Shown here piece after piece: positions 17,917 to 25,014 of a stretch of DNA of 28,306 nt (within the stretch, counting starts at the first letter, position 1; each line of letters starts with the position of its first letter). This DNA comes from a bacterium (GTDB lineage: Bacteria > UBP7 > UBA6624 > JBBIMK01), in contig JBBIMK010000026.1 of NCBI GenBank assembly GCA_037444445.1, positions 1-28,306 on the forward strand, written 5' to 3'. Below the pieces are notes generated by a model. The model saw only the letters and a program-made list of their open reading frames with translations. It was not told the origin of the DNA and did not search any database. A program made the translations under genes and the position numbers.

Positions 17917-19078
17917 AGATAACCCAGAAGCCCCAGCCGTTAAGAACCCCGACGAGAAATCACAAAAGCCTGAAGAGAATATTACTTCTCCACGGACGAA
18001 TGTAGAAGCCGGGGCTCAGCCCCCCGCCACCGCCAGGCCCGGAAAGGGGCTCACCGTGGGTATTCTGTTTAATCTAATGCCCGATTTCAACCGGGAGGAC
18101 ATTAACTCGGTTGTAAGAGCGGTGGAACGGATAGAATCGGTATTGCTAAATCAGGGATATCAAGCCCAACGATTCCAGGCTCACGAGGGGTTACTCCCAT
18201 TCCTTCATCAACTGGAAGCCTCCCAGCCTGATGTGGTTCTCAACCTCTGTGAAGGATACAGGGACAAAACGGAGGGCGAAGTCTACATCGCTGGCATCCT
18301 GGAGATGCTGAACATCCCCTACACGGGCTCCACACCATTCACCCTCGCTCTTGCCCTGGACAAGGTTCGGGCGAAGGAAATCTTCATCGCCCGCCGCATC
18401 CCCACCCCCGCTTATGCCGTCTACGACCAGTATCGCGAAGAAATCCCTCCCCTCTCTTTCCCCTTGATTCTGAAACTTTCCAGAGAAGATGCCTCCGTGG
18501 GTATGACGAATAAAAATGTGGTCTACGATGAGGATTCCTTCTTCCTTCGGCTGAAGAAACTCCTGAAGGAGTATTCTCAGCCCATCCTGGTGGAAGAATT
18601 CATAGATGGACGGGAATTCAATGTGGCTTTCTTGAACGACGAGCCCCTGCCCATTGAAGAAATCCTGTTCAGCATAGAGCCCAAACTGCTTTGCTATAAA
18701 GCGAAATGGGAAGAAGGGTCGGTAGAAGACCGGGGAACGATTCCCGTTTGTCCGCCACGGCTTTCCGCCAGAGAACGCAGAAAAATCCTGAAACTGGCTT
18801 ACGATGCCTACTCCGCCATCGGCGTCCGCGATTATGGCAGAGTAGACCTGAGAATGGATGCCGACGGAAAACTCTATGTCTTAGAAGTGAACCCCAATCC
18901 AGACATCACCTCCGAAGGCGGTTTCGTCCAGTGCTTGAAAGCGGCAGACATTCCTTATGAAACCTTCATCCTGATGCTGGTGGATTTCGCCCTATCACGA
19001 GGGAAAACAAAGAAAAGTTACCGTAAGACCGCTTCCCAGCCCGGGACCGTGCCCTCCACCCCTGACACCCTTTCGTAG
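17894..19078 (+). CDS. Second Ddl-like ATP-grasp ligase with a low-complexity N-terminal extension
   Basis: The start is ambiguous: TTG 17876, ATG 17894 or ATG 17909 (the last forms ATGGATAA, overlapping the upstream stop). After a ~60-aa Pro/Glu/Lys-rich extension come MLNIPYTGSTPFTLALALDKVRAKE, KLSREDASVGM and VLEVNPNPDIT. It is a paralog of the preceding gene. Confidence 0.8.
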   Translation: MPAVDMDKDNPEAPAVKNPDEKSQKPEENITSPRTNVEAGAQPPATARPGKGLTVGILFNLMPDFNREDINSVVRAVERIESVLLNQGYQAQRFQAHEGLLPFLHQLEASQPDVVLNLCEGYRDKTEGEVYIAGILEMLNIPYTGSTPFTLALALDKVRAKEIFIARRIPTPAYAVYDQYREEIPPLSFPLILKLSREDASVGMTNKNVVYDEDSFFLRLKKLLKEYSQPILVEEFIDGREFNVAFLNDEPLPIEEILFSIEPKLLCYKAKWEEGSVEDRGTIPVCPPRLSARERRKILKLAYDAYSAIGVRDYGRVDLRMDADGKLYVLEVNPNPDITSEGGFVQCLKAADIPYETFILMLVDFALSRGKTKKSYRKTASQPGTVPSTPDTLS

Positions 19079-19079
19079 T

Positions 19080-19097
19080 AGCCCCATTTATGGGGCT
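19080..19097 (+). terminator. Hairpin just after the ATP-grasp operon stop (weak terminator candidate)
   Basis: AGCCCCA-TTTA-TGGGGCT forms a 7-bp stem, but it is followed by TAAAAAAC rather than a T-run, so it is not a canonical intrinsic terminator on the + strand. Confidence 0.25.
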
Positions 19098-19118
19098 TAA
19101 AAAACAACAAACCTACAA

Positions 19119-19140
19119 TTTGGGGGTCAGACCCCAAAAG
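19119..19140. repeat. Palindromic repeat, copy A (TTTGGGGGTCAGACCCCAAAAG)
   Basis: Member of the TTTTGGGG-N5-CCCCAAAA family. It lies 3 nt downstream of the stop of the 19143..19949 gene. Confidence 0.7.
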
Positions 19141-19142
19141 TC

Positions 19143-19949
19143 CTAATCTTCTATTTTGGTGAGGTCCCGTAAGATTGTATCAAGCGGCGGAATGCCGGTA
19201 ACAGGTGCAGATATCCGGGGGGTGGAACGAGGCACTGCACGCGCGTCCTCAAAGACCTCAGCAACAGGCAGAGGCAATTGTTCGATCGCCCCTCCGAAAG
19301 AAACGATAAGCGCCATCTTATAGTGCCATCCAGGGGTGTAACGGTGGAACACACTTGCCCCGTTTAGACGAACAAACTCGCCATTGCCGTCTCTCCAATA
19401 GAGATACGCCCATTCTACCGGTTCCGCAGGGCCAGTGAAGAATTCGCTTTTCACCTCAACCTGTGTGTCATGCGGAACGAGAAGATAGTACCCGTCCACC
19501 GTGTCCGAGTAGTCAATTCCACTGAATGTAATGGATAGGGCCATCGGTGCTGTCCTGGAGGTGAACCTCAGGGTGCTGCCCAAGTCCTCCACTTCCACGA
19601 CGCGTTTTGGCGGTCCCTGGGCAATTTCCTCTTCCAGTTCCGGCTTGGTCAGGAACCAGGTCGCTTGTATTCTGGATACCCAATTTTTTACACCAGGGAT
19701 GAATTGGGTAAGGGATTTCAAGTCTAATGTTGAGTCTGGCTCAGCCTTCCCAGGCGCGACAAGGGCAAGAACTGCCTGGTTACCCTCCGGTCCCACCCAA
19801 TAAATTACTCCGGAGGAGCCGTCTGGAACAGATATTTTTTCAGTCGAGGCGTCTATGAAATTCATTGGATAGTACGACCGTCCAAATGGGTCAAACATCC
19901 CTCCAGCGGGCAATATCCCAGACCTCCAAATCGTGCTGGAATGTCTCAA
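19143..19949 (-). CDS. Hypothetical protein without a signal peptide, bracketed by palindromic repeats
   Basis: 268-aa maximal ORF with a TTG start at 19949. In-frame ATGs at 19898 (preceded by GGAGGG) and 19865 are alternative starts. No family recognised. Confidence 0.55.
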   Translation of the reverse strand: MRHSSTIWRSGILPAGGMFDPFGRSYYPMNFIDASTEKISVPDGSSGVIYWVGPEGNQAVLALVAPGKAEPDSTLDLKSLTQFIPGVKNWVSRIQATWFLTKPELEEEIAQGPPKRVVEVEDLGSTLRFTSRTAPMALSITFSGIDYSDTVDGYYLLVPHDTQVEVKSEFFTGPAEPVEWAYLYWRDGNGEFVRLNGASVFHRYTPGWHYKMALIVSFGGAIEQLPLPVAEVFEDARAVPRSTPRISAPVTGIPPLDTILRDLTKIED

Positions 19950-19957
19950 ATAATGTC

Positions 19958-19984
19958 ACCTTTTGGGGTCAGACCCCAAAATCT
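19958..19984. repeat. Palindromic repeat, copy B (ACCTTTTGGGGTCAGACCCCAAAATCT)
   Basis: Exact 27-nt duplicate of copy C, lying 43 nt away. The core is a perfect 10+1+10 palindrome. Confidence 0.8.
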
Positions 19985-19991
19985 CAGTTAT

Positions 19992-20195
19992 TTATCTTCC
20001 ACCTTTTGGGGTCAGACCCCAAAATCTTTTCCAATACCGAGCTCTTGACTTGACTAACCAGTACCGAAGAAGTTGGCGCGGCCCATCAGGGTTAGCATCG
20101 TGGGTGGATTGCGAACCCGAGAAAGCAGGTGCACCGAACACCAATAGGAAAACCAGTTCGCTCATAAATAAAGTATGCTTCCGCAACATCATCAT
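19992..20195 (-). pseudogene. Possible remnant of a secreted-protein gene, with only the signal peptide left and the 3' end running into repeat C
   Basis: 67-aa ORF. MMMLRKHTLFMSELVFLLVFGAPAFSGS looks like a Sec signal peptide. Only ~38 residues follow, and the last ones (RFWGLTPKGGR) are encoded by the palindromic repeat itself. Confidence 0.25.
20001..20027. repeat. Palindromic repeat, copy C
   Basis: Identical to copy B. The 16-nt spacer between them is CAGTTATTTATCTTCC. Confidence 0.8.
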
Positions 20196-20289
20196 TCATC
20201 TCCACACTCTTCCGGGTGGGGAACTCGGGGGAATTGGTTATCGCGACGAGATGCCTTTAACATGAAGGTTGGCAAGCGGTCGCTCCGGA

Positions 20290-20320
20290 CACCGTTTGGT
20301 GCCTGACCCCAAAAGGGGTG
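20290..20320. repeat. Palindromic repeat, copy D (degenerate left arm: CACCGTTTGGTGCCTGACCCCAAAAGGGGTG)
   Basis: Shares ~28 nt with copy G (CACCGTTTGGTGCCTGACCC[C]AAAAGGG). The right arm GACCCCAAAA matches the family core. Confidence 0.65.
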
Positions 20321-20340
20321 ATTTTACCGCACCCTCCTTC

Positions 20341-20422
20341 CTTTTTGGCAAGCCCTTCCATCTTCTTCTCTCCCCTCATCTTCCCTATTGCCCTCCGCTC
20401 CCCTTTTCCATCTTATCGGTCG
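20341..20422. repeat. CT-rich (purine-rich on the minus strand) intergenic repeat, copy X
   Basis: Contains GCAAGCCCTTCCAT (20348-20361) followed by CT-rich sequence with CCCTCAT, TCCCT and CCTC blocks. It is alignable with 28210..28276 and lies immediately 3' of a minus-strand gene stop. Confidence 0.5.
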
Positions 20423-21658
20423 TCAGGGGATTCGTATGGGGTAGCCGAGTGCGAACTCATCTATGCCCGGCTTGCCGTTAGAATGAGACTGGATAAAATA
20501 TCCTGAAAACTCTATTCCGTCTCCCGTCAGTGAAGCCAGCACCTGTCCGGGCTTCATTTTCTTCTTTGCTTCCACTGCTTTTGAACCCGATAAGAAAGTG
20601 GGGCTGGCTAAACGGTCCCACAGAAGTGGCCGAGGATTTACAGGGGCTATACGCTCAAACCATTCCTGTACAGAAATACCTGATGGAGGCCTGTCTAAGT
20701 TGGTATAAATATTCCAGGGCAGGGTGGCTGCCTCGGAGAGAAGACGGAACATTGCATCTGTAATGTGGTCTTCCTCCAGCAAATAACTGCCGGGCTTCCC
20801 CTTGCCCGCCACATATATGGATATGCGGAATTCATTTTGAGACCCCGGAAACCAGATGAGAGCAAGTTTTTCTCTTTCCTTCTTCCAATCTACCATCAGC
20901 ACAGGGTTTTTCTGATATGTTGCCGGGAGCTCCCACAGATTCGCACGAGTTTGTTCTACTTCTTCCCATGTTTCGGGGAGACGCTGTGTTATATTGAAAA
21001 AAGTAGAAATGCCTTGCAGAACTGTCAGGAATAATTGGTCTATCTCGCCCAGTCTTTTATTTGGAACCCACTCCCCGTAGCCTGTATAATGAAATGCGGA
21101 AGCCTTTCCGTTGGAGCAGACCAAGATGAAAGACCATCCGTTAGGAAGCCCCCAGGAAGCTGCCCGCCCGGATGGCAAGGATAGGGAAACTTCCTTCAAA
21201 GGATACTGAACTTTTAGATAAGGAAAATCAGGCTCCCGAGAGAATCGCCAGTAGCCCAGGTTCCTGGCAAACACCGCCACAGAATCCAACCATCCATACA
21301 TCTTCAGGATATTTTCCTGCTCTTCTGAGAAGGCTTCAATGAATCGGGCTGTTTTTCCGACTGGTTTGTAGATAACGGGCTGACCTGTTTTACGGGCTTC
21401 TTGACCCACTTCTAACATCTCCTTCTTCCACCGCTTCATTTCTCGTTGCATGCGGAAGAGCAATGACATCGCTTCCTTTACATCATCAGGTGGATTAAGG
21501 TAGATAGAAAAAGCAGATTCAAAAGTTACCGGACAGCGTTGAATATAAGAACACCCCTCTTGTAGGGCAAAGACGCAACAAGTGAGGAATGAAATGAAGA
21601 GTGTAACCTTAGTAAATCCAGTCGCCCGTGCCGTCCTCAGCTCCTTCTCCCCACACAT
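20423..21658 (-). CDS. Hypothetical secreted protein, divergent member of the pseudopilin-motif paralog family
   Basis: The track ORF starts at 21682; ATG 21658 gives MCGEKELRTARATGFTKVTLFISFLTCCVFAL (signal-like). Either start overlaps the upstream gene by 50 or 74 nt, and no ATG, GTG or TTG lies downstream of that gene's stop before the hydrophobic segment. Family-like modules are FFNITQRLPETWEEVEQ...QKNPVLMV and ATLPWNIYTNL...APVNPRPLLW. Confidence 0.6.
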   Translation of the reverse strand: MCGEKELRTARATGFTKVTLFISFLTCCVFALQEGCSYIQRCPVTFESAFSIYLNPPDDVKEAMSLLFRMQREMKRWKKEMLEVGQEARKTGQPVIYKPVGKTARFIEAFSEEQENILKMYGWLDSVAVFARNLGYWRFSREPDFPYLKVQYPLKEVSLSLPSGRAASWGLPNGWSFILVCSNGKASAFHYTGYGEWVPNKRLGEIDQLFLTVLQGISTFFNITQRLPETWEEVEQTRANLWELPATYQKNPVLMVDWKKEREKLALIWFPGSQNEFRISIYVAGKGKPGSYLLEEDHITDAMFRLLSEAATLPWNIYTNLDRPPSGISVQEWFERIAPVNPRPLLWDRLASPTFLSGSKAVEAKKKMKPGQVLASLTGDGIEFSGYFIQSHSNGKPGIDEFALGYPIRIP

Positions 21659-22505
21659 AGAACTCGTGAGCCTGGGTTCCATCTGGTTCTATCCAGTAAT
21701 TATAACTCACATCACCCGGGTGAGGGGTCGCCCATCCGTCATCCATAGGAACTTCCTGGATGAAGCGGCTCTGGAAGGGATTCCACATCTTCTTCAGCAC
21801 AGGGAATCTACGAAGCAACTCAGTGTAGGTGGGAGGTAGAGACCCCATATATTCGTCCTCAAGATTGCTATCGACACGATTGGGGTATATAGATTGAATA
21901 TAGAGAAAGTCCAGTATCCACCCGCACATCCAGGAGCGCTGGACGGTTTCCGGTGCATCAGGCGGATATTTCGGATATGGCTTCTCCTGCTCCTGTTGAT
22001 GATAGATTGATAAGTCAGAACCTGGATAACTGCGAGTATGAAACTGTTTTTCGCCATTGTGAACAACGGCTATTTCCACTGTAAGGTCTTTGGTTTCCGG
22101 ATTATAGGTCCATCGTAGATTCCCGGGAGTTGGATCTGATTCCTCCTGGACCGGCTGTCCTGTATAAGGATTAACTAAATCCTGAGACCGCACACAGGCA
22201 TAGATGGACTGCCCCAGTTGAGAATAAGTTGAGGGATATTGGAAACTGAAAAAAGCCATGGCTGTTACCTCGTCCATAATGTAATCCAGGGTCTGGATAG
22301 CACGAATGTATTTACACCATTCATCAGGGTCCCATCCTTCTGGTGGCGTGCTACAAAACAACCCACCAAACAGAACCGGATCCTCCGGCGGGTCACCTGT
22401 AAGTCCAGCACCACCCCCTCCTTCCAGGCCTACGCCGTTCAACAGAACGCCCAACGCAACCACCAACAAGCCTGTCATCAGGCTTCTTATCCATTTTCTT
22501 TTCAT
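21609..22505 (-). CDS. Hypothetical secreted protein, pseudopilin-motif paralog
   Basis: The ATG at 22505 is preceded by GGAAAGGAGGGATAAGGAA. The signal peptide is MKRKWIRSLMTGLLVVALGVLL. Module 1 is FFSFQYPSTYSQL...LVNPYTGQPVQEESDPTPGNL. Module 2 is GSLPPTYTELLRRF...MWNPFQSRFI. Confidence 0.7.
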   Translation of the reverse strand: MKRKWIRSLMTGLLVVALGVLLNGVGLEGGGGAGLTGDPPEDPVLFGGLFCSTPPEGWDPDEWCKYIRAIQTLDYIMDEVTAMAFFSFQYPSTYSQLGQSIYACVRSQDLVNPYTGQPVQEESDPTPGNLRWTYNPETKDLTVEIAVVHNGEKQFHTRSYPGSDLSIYHQQEQEKPYPKYPPDAPETVQRSWMCGWILDFLYIQSIYPNRVDSNLEDEYMGSLPPTYTELLRRFPVLKKMWNPFQSRFIQEVPMDDGWATPHPGDVSYNYWIEPDGTQAHEFYVWGEGAEDGTGDWIY

Positions 22506-22535
22506 TTCCTTATCCCTCCTTTCCATTTTGAGTAG

Positions 22536-22587
22536 CACCATTTGGTGCCACTATCTTATAGTGGCTTGAACTTTTGGGGGCAGACCC
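22536..22587. repeat. Composite intergenic repeat E: CACCATTTGGTGCC + CCACTATCTTATAGTGG palindrome + CTTTTGGGGGCAGACCC
   Basis: Three adjacent palindromic pieces lie upstream of the 21609..22505 gene. The minus-strand reading GGGTCTGCCCCCAAAAGTTCAA matches copy F on the plus strand, so E is inverted relative to F. Confidence 0.6.
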
Positions 22588-22643
22588 TGGAAGCCCGGAT
22601 GGTAAGGAGAGATAATAAAGTTGAATGTTCATTCTTTTAATCT

Positions 22644-23390
22644 CTAACTGCCTTTTTGAATGGTAGCCTGAATGGTCTGCCGCAATGCTTTTGCTGTGCC
22701 CAGAGGGTATATTGCCACCAGTCTATCCCCTTTGCCAATATAGCGATATAAAACCAGTTCTTTCCAGTTTGCCACATATTTTGGGACAGGAGATTTTACC
22801 TTAAAATCCTTCAATGTGCCCCAGGTGAATAGTTCTTTAATGGGTTTTCCATCCACCGGCGAGACCGGATTTAACTCTAAGGGGTCACCCCATTGCTTCG
22901 CCAGCTCCTCGGGGGTCTCAGGAAATTTGCCTGTGAGCAAAACATATCCTTGAAATGCTGCCCCCAGATTATTCGCCAGCGCCAGAGAGTATCTATCTTC
23001 CCTGTTTTCTTCCGTAGTGGGCGGCTTGAAGGTGTCATTTTTCAAGGTGGTGGTCTGAGAACTGTCCGAAATCCCTGGCAAAGTCAAATGAAGCAACCCC
23101 GGTTTCTCCTTCACAAAAAAATAATCGCCTGAAGATGGATTTTCCTTGCAGAGCATGGGTTTGCCGGTGAACGGGTTCCGGGGATGCCGAAAATACAGAG
23201 GTGAAGTGGTATACTCGGGGCAAGTCTCAGGATAGCGCCCGTTATACACACCCCAGAACTCCAGGGAAGTCAGGAGATACATCCTTTCACCCAGCAGGCG
23301 CATCTGCTCCGGTGAGAGTTTCTCTCGTTGAACCCCTGTCAGAGCGAAAGCTAAACCCGCGGCAATTAAAAGCCACATCCCCTTTTTCAT
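22644..23390 (-). CDS. Hypothetical secreted protein, pseudopilin-motif paralog (clearest GspG-like motif)
   Basis: The ATG at 23390 is preceded by GAAGGAGGGATGCAGA. The N-terminus is MKKGMWLLIAAGLAFALTG. Module 1 is SLEFWGVYNGRYPETCPEY...HPRNPFTGKPMLCKENPSSGDYFFV. Module 2 is AFQGYVLLTGKFPETPEELAKQW...LNPVSPVDGKPI. Confidence 0.75.
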   Translation of the reverse strand: MKKGMWLLIAAGLAFALTGVQREKLSPEQMRLLGERMYLLTSLEFWGVYNGRYPETCPEYTTSPLYFRHPRNPFTGKPMLCKENPSSGDYFFVKEKPGLLHLTLPGISDSSQTTTLKNDTFKPPTTEENREDRYSLALANNLGAAFQGYVLLTGKFPETPEELAKQWGDPLELNPVSPVDGKPIKELFTWGTLKDFKVKSPVPKYVANWKELVLYRYIGKGDRLVAIYPLGTAKALRQTIQATIQKGS

Positions 23391-23413
23391 TCTGCATCCC
23401 TCCTTCTCTATTT

Positions 23414-23827
23414 TCAATTGATTGAACAATCTCCAGTAGCACAGTGAACCAGGTTAAGTGCGGTATCCATAGCCCTGTAGGCGTCATTGTAACAGTCGCA
23501 ATGTGTGGTATTAAACGACATGATTGCACCTATTCTTAAATTTTGACATGTTCCTTTATATCCGGCATACTCACAGCAGGGCACCTCGCATTCCGAATCA
23601 CACTCACCACATTGAGTGCATGCTACCATTAGTATCATCCTTGCCGTACGGGTATTCGTGAGAGTTCCCTCGCAATACCCCCCGCCCGCACAAGGAAAAT
23701 AAAAAGGCGTGGTCCACGTTACAGGGTCTGTAGACTCTGTAGTGCAACAGGCTGCTTCAGCAGTCGCTGCCATCAGCCCCGAAATCACCACCATCATCAC
23801 TACCATCATCATAACTCCCTTTTTCAT
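23414..23827 (-). CDS. Cys-rich secreted protein 1 (137 aa; 15 Cys in the 112-aa mature part)
   Basis: I shorten the 249-aa track ORF to the in-frame ATG at 23827, giving MKKGVMMMVVMMVVISGLMAATAEA as a canonical signal peptide. My reasons: the paralogous cassette at 26151..26247 begins only ~45 nt upstream of this ATG, and the upstream part of the ORF is partly encoded by a palindromic repeat. The mature region is rich in CxxC and CC. Confidence 0.65.
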   Translation of the reverse strand: MKKGVMMMVVMMVVISGLMAATAEAACCTTESTDPVTWTTPFYFPCAGGGYCEGTLTNTRTARMILMVACTQCGECDSECEVPCCEYAGYKGTCQNLRIGAIMSFNTTHCDCYNDAYRAMDTALNLVHCATGDCSIN

Positions 23828-23870
23828 CTTCTGCAACCCCCCCTTCTCTTTTCTTTTGAGGGTCATCCCC
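23774..23870 (-). repeat. Shared 5'UTR + signal-peptide cassette, copy 1
   Basis: ~97 nt that aligns with 26151..26247 with about 4-5 substitutions and 2 single-base indels by eye. Similarity fades at the AEA signal-peptidase site. Confidence 0.8.
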
Positions 23871-23881
23871 ATTTGCCCCTC

Positions 23882-23910
23882 CATATAATATATATCCTCA
23901 GAAGTTGCAA
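23882..23910 (-). promoter_or_regulatory. Candidate promoter for Cys-rich gene 1
   Basis: On the minus strand, TTGCAA (23910-23905), a 17-nt spacer, then TATATG (23887-23882), about 55 nt upstream of the ATG. Weaker than the copy-2 promoter. Confidence 0.3.
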
Positions 23911-24134
23911 AATTTACCAAAACGCCTCTTCTATTATCGTTGTCTTCGCATGTTTTGCATATTAACTTACCCCGATTCTTTTTGAAGCCATTTTTAAGGT
24001 GTGCCTGGAAAACTTTTTTCTCTCGGGGTGGAAGATTTTCCAGCAGGGCAGTCAGTTTCTGCAGTGCCTCTTTTGCCTCCTTTTTCGTCTCCTCCTCGCA
24101 AAGTTTTTCCAGGACATCCTCCTGCCTGCTGGGA

Positions 24135-24158
24135 CTTTTGGGGTCTGCCCCCCAAAAG
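24135..24158. repeat. Palindromic repeat, copy F (CTTTTGGGGTCTGCCCCCCAAAAG)
   Basis: 9-bp arms CTTTTGGGG/CCCCAAAAG with a 6-nt centre, between the 24200..25003 gene stop and the Cys-rich gene 1 promoter region. Confidence 0.7.
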
Positions 24159-24199
24159 TTCAAAAATGGGAAATCAATCTTAGAGAATGGAACGGTTAC

Positions 24200-25003
24200 T
24201 TACGGTAAACGGTTGAGTAAGTTGTCCGGCTTCTGCTTCTCTGCTTTAGGAGGTAGAATATAGTGAGCATGGCAAGGCATCATTTTATCGGCTGGGTTAT
24301 AAGATACTTTATAAATTGCCTTACCTTTGGGAAAGTGGAGCGAGAAAAACACACGCCTATCGGATTGAGCCCAAAGTTTCAGCCTTTTATTTTCCCAGAG
24401 TTCCAGCGGATTTTTCCCTTCCAGTGGGTCTTTCATCATTGTATAGGGTTCTTCTAAAAACTTGAGAAATTCCTCTGGATGGCGTAGCCCTTCTCTACAA
24501 TATGCTCTCATCCACTGACGCATCAAAAGTTGTCCATAACCCACTAACTTCATCTCCTCTTCATCATACCCTGCTTTCAGAGCACGGGCAAAGGGTGAGA
24601 CGGGTGAAGGGTTTCCTTTTCCCCACGGGATGTCCAGTGGATGGTCACCGAGGGAGGAGATTTTCTTCCCGTTAGCACTCCACAGCGTTAATTCAGTGAT
24701 TTTCTCGCCATCAGGAGATAATTGCATGCAGTAGTCACCTGGGGAAGGAGAATCACATACGTTTTTGATAGGTTGACCAGTCAGTGGATTCACGGGCTCC
24801 ATATAAAGGTAGCCTGCTCGGGATATTTCTTCCAGACTTGTGGGTAACTTCCCAAACCGCTCCATATAAATAAATACGGTAGCCTGATAATAATAACCCT
24901 CCCACTTCTCTAACGAGACCGGCTGAGATGTGGCAAGCGTCCCTATCCAGAGAATCAACACATAAATGTTAAAGACTGAAAATCGCGATATTGGCCCCGC
25001 CAT
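24200..25003 (-). CDS. Hypothetical secreted/membrane-anchored protein, pseudopilin-motif paralog
   Basis: 267 aa. The start lies 11 nt after the upstream gene's stop, which suggests coupling. It has a hydrophobic N-terminus (FSVFNIYVLILWIGTLATS). Module 1 is VFIYMERFGKLPTSLEEISRAGYL...PVNPLTGQPIKNVCDSPSPGDYCMQL. Module 2 is AYCREGLRHPEEFLKFL...KDPLEGKNPLELW. Confidence 0.7.
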   Translation of the reverse strand: MAGPISRFSVFNIYVLILWIGTLATSQPVSLEKWEGYYYQATVFIYMERFGKLPTSLEEISRAGYLYMEPVNPLTGQPIKNVCDSPSPGDYCMQLSPDGEKITELTLWSANGKKISSLGDHPLDIPWGKGNPSPVSPFARALKAGYDEEEMKLVGYGQLLMRQWMRAYCREGLRHPEEFLKFLEEPYTMMKDPLEGKNPLELWENKRLKLWAQSDRRVFFSLHFPKGKAIYKVSYNPADKMMPCHAHYILPPKAEKQKPDNLLNRLP

Positions 25004-25014
25004 GTTTTAGATGT

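Noticed and set aside
19958-20027. Tandem identical 27-mers as a possible mini-CRISPR array
   Set aside because: There are only two copies with a 16-nt spacer. The repeat is a perfect palindrome that is also scattered singly in both orientations, and no cas genes are present. This is inconsistent with CRISPR.
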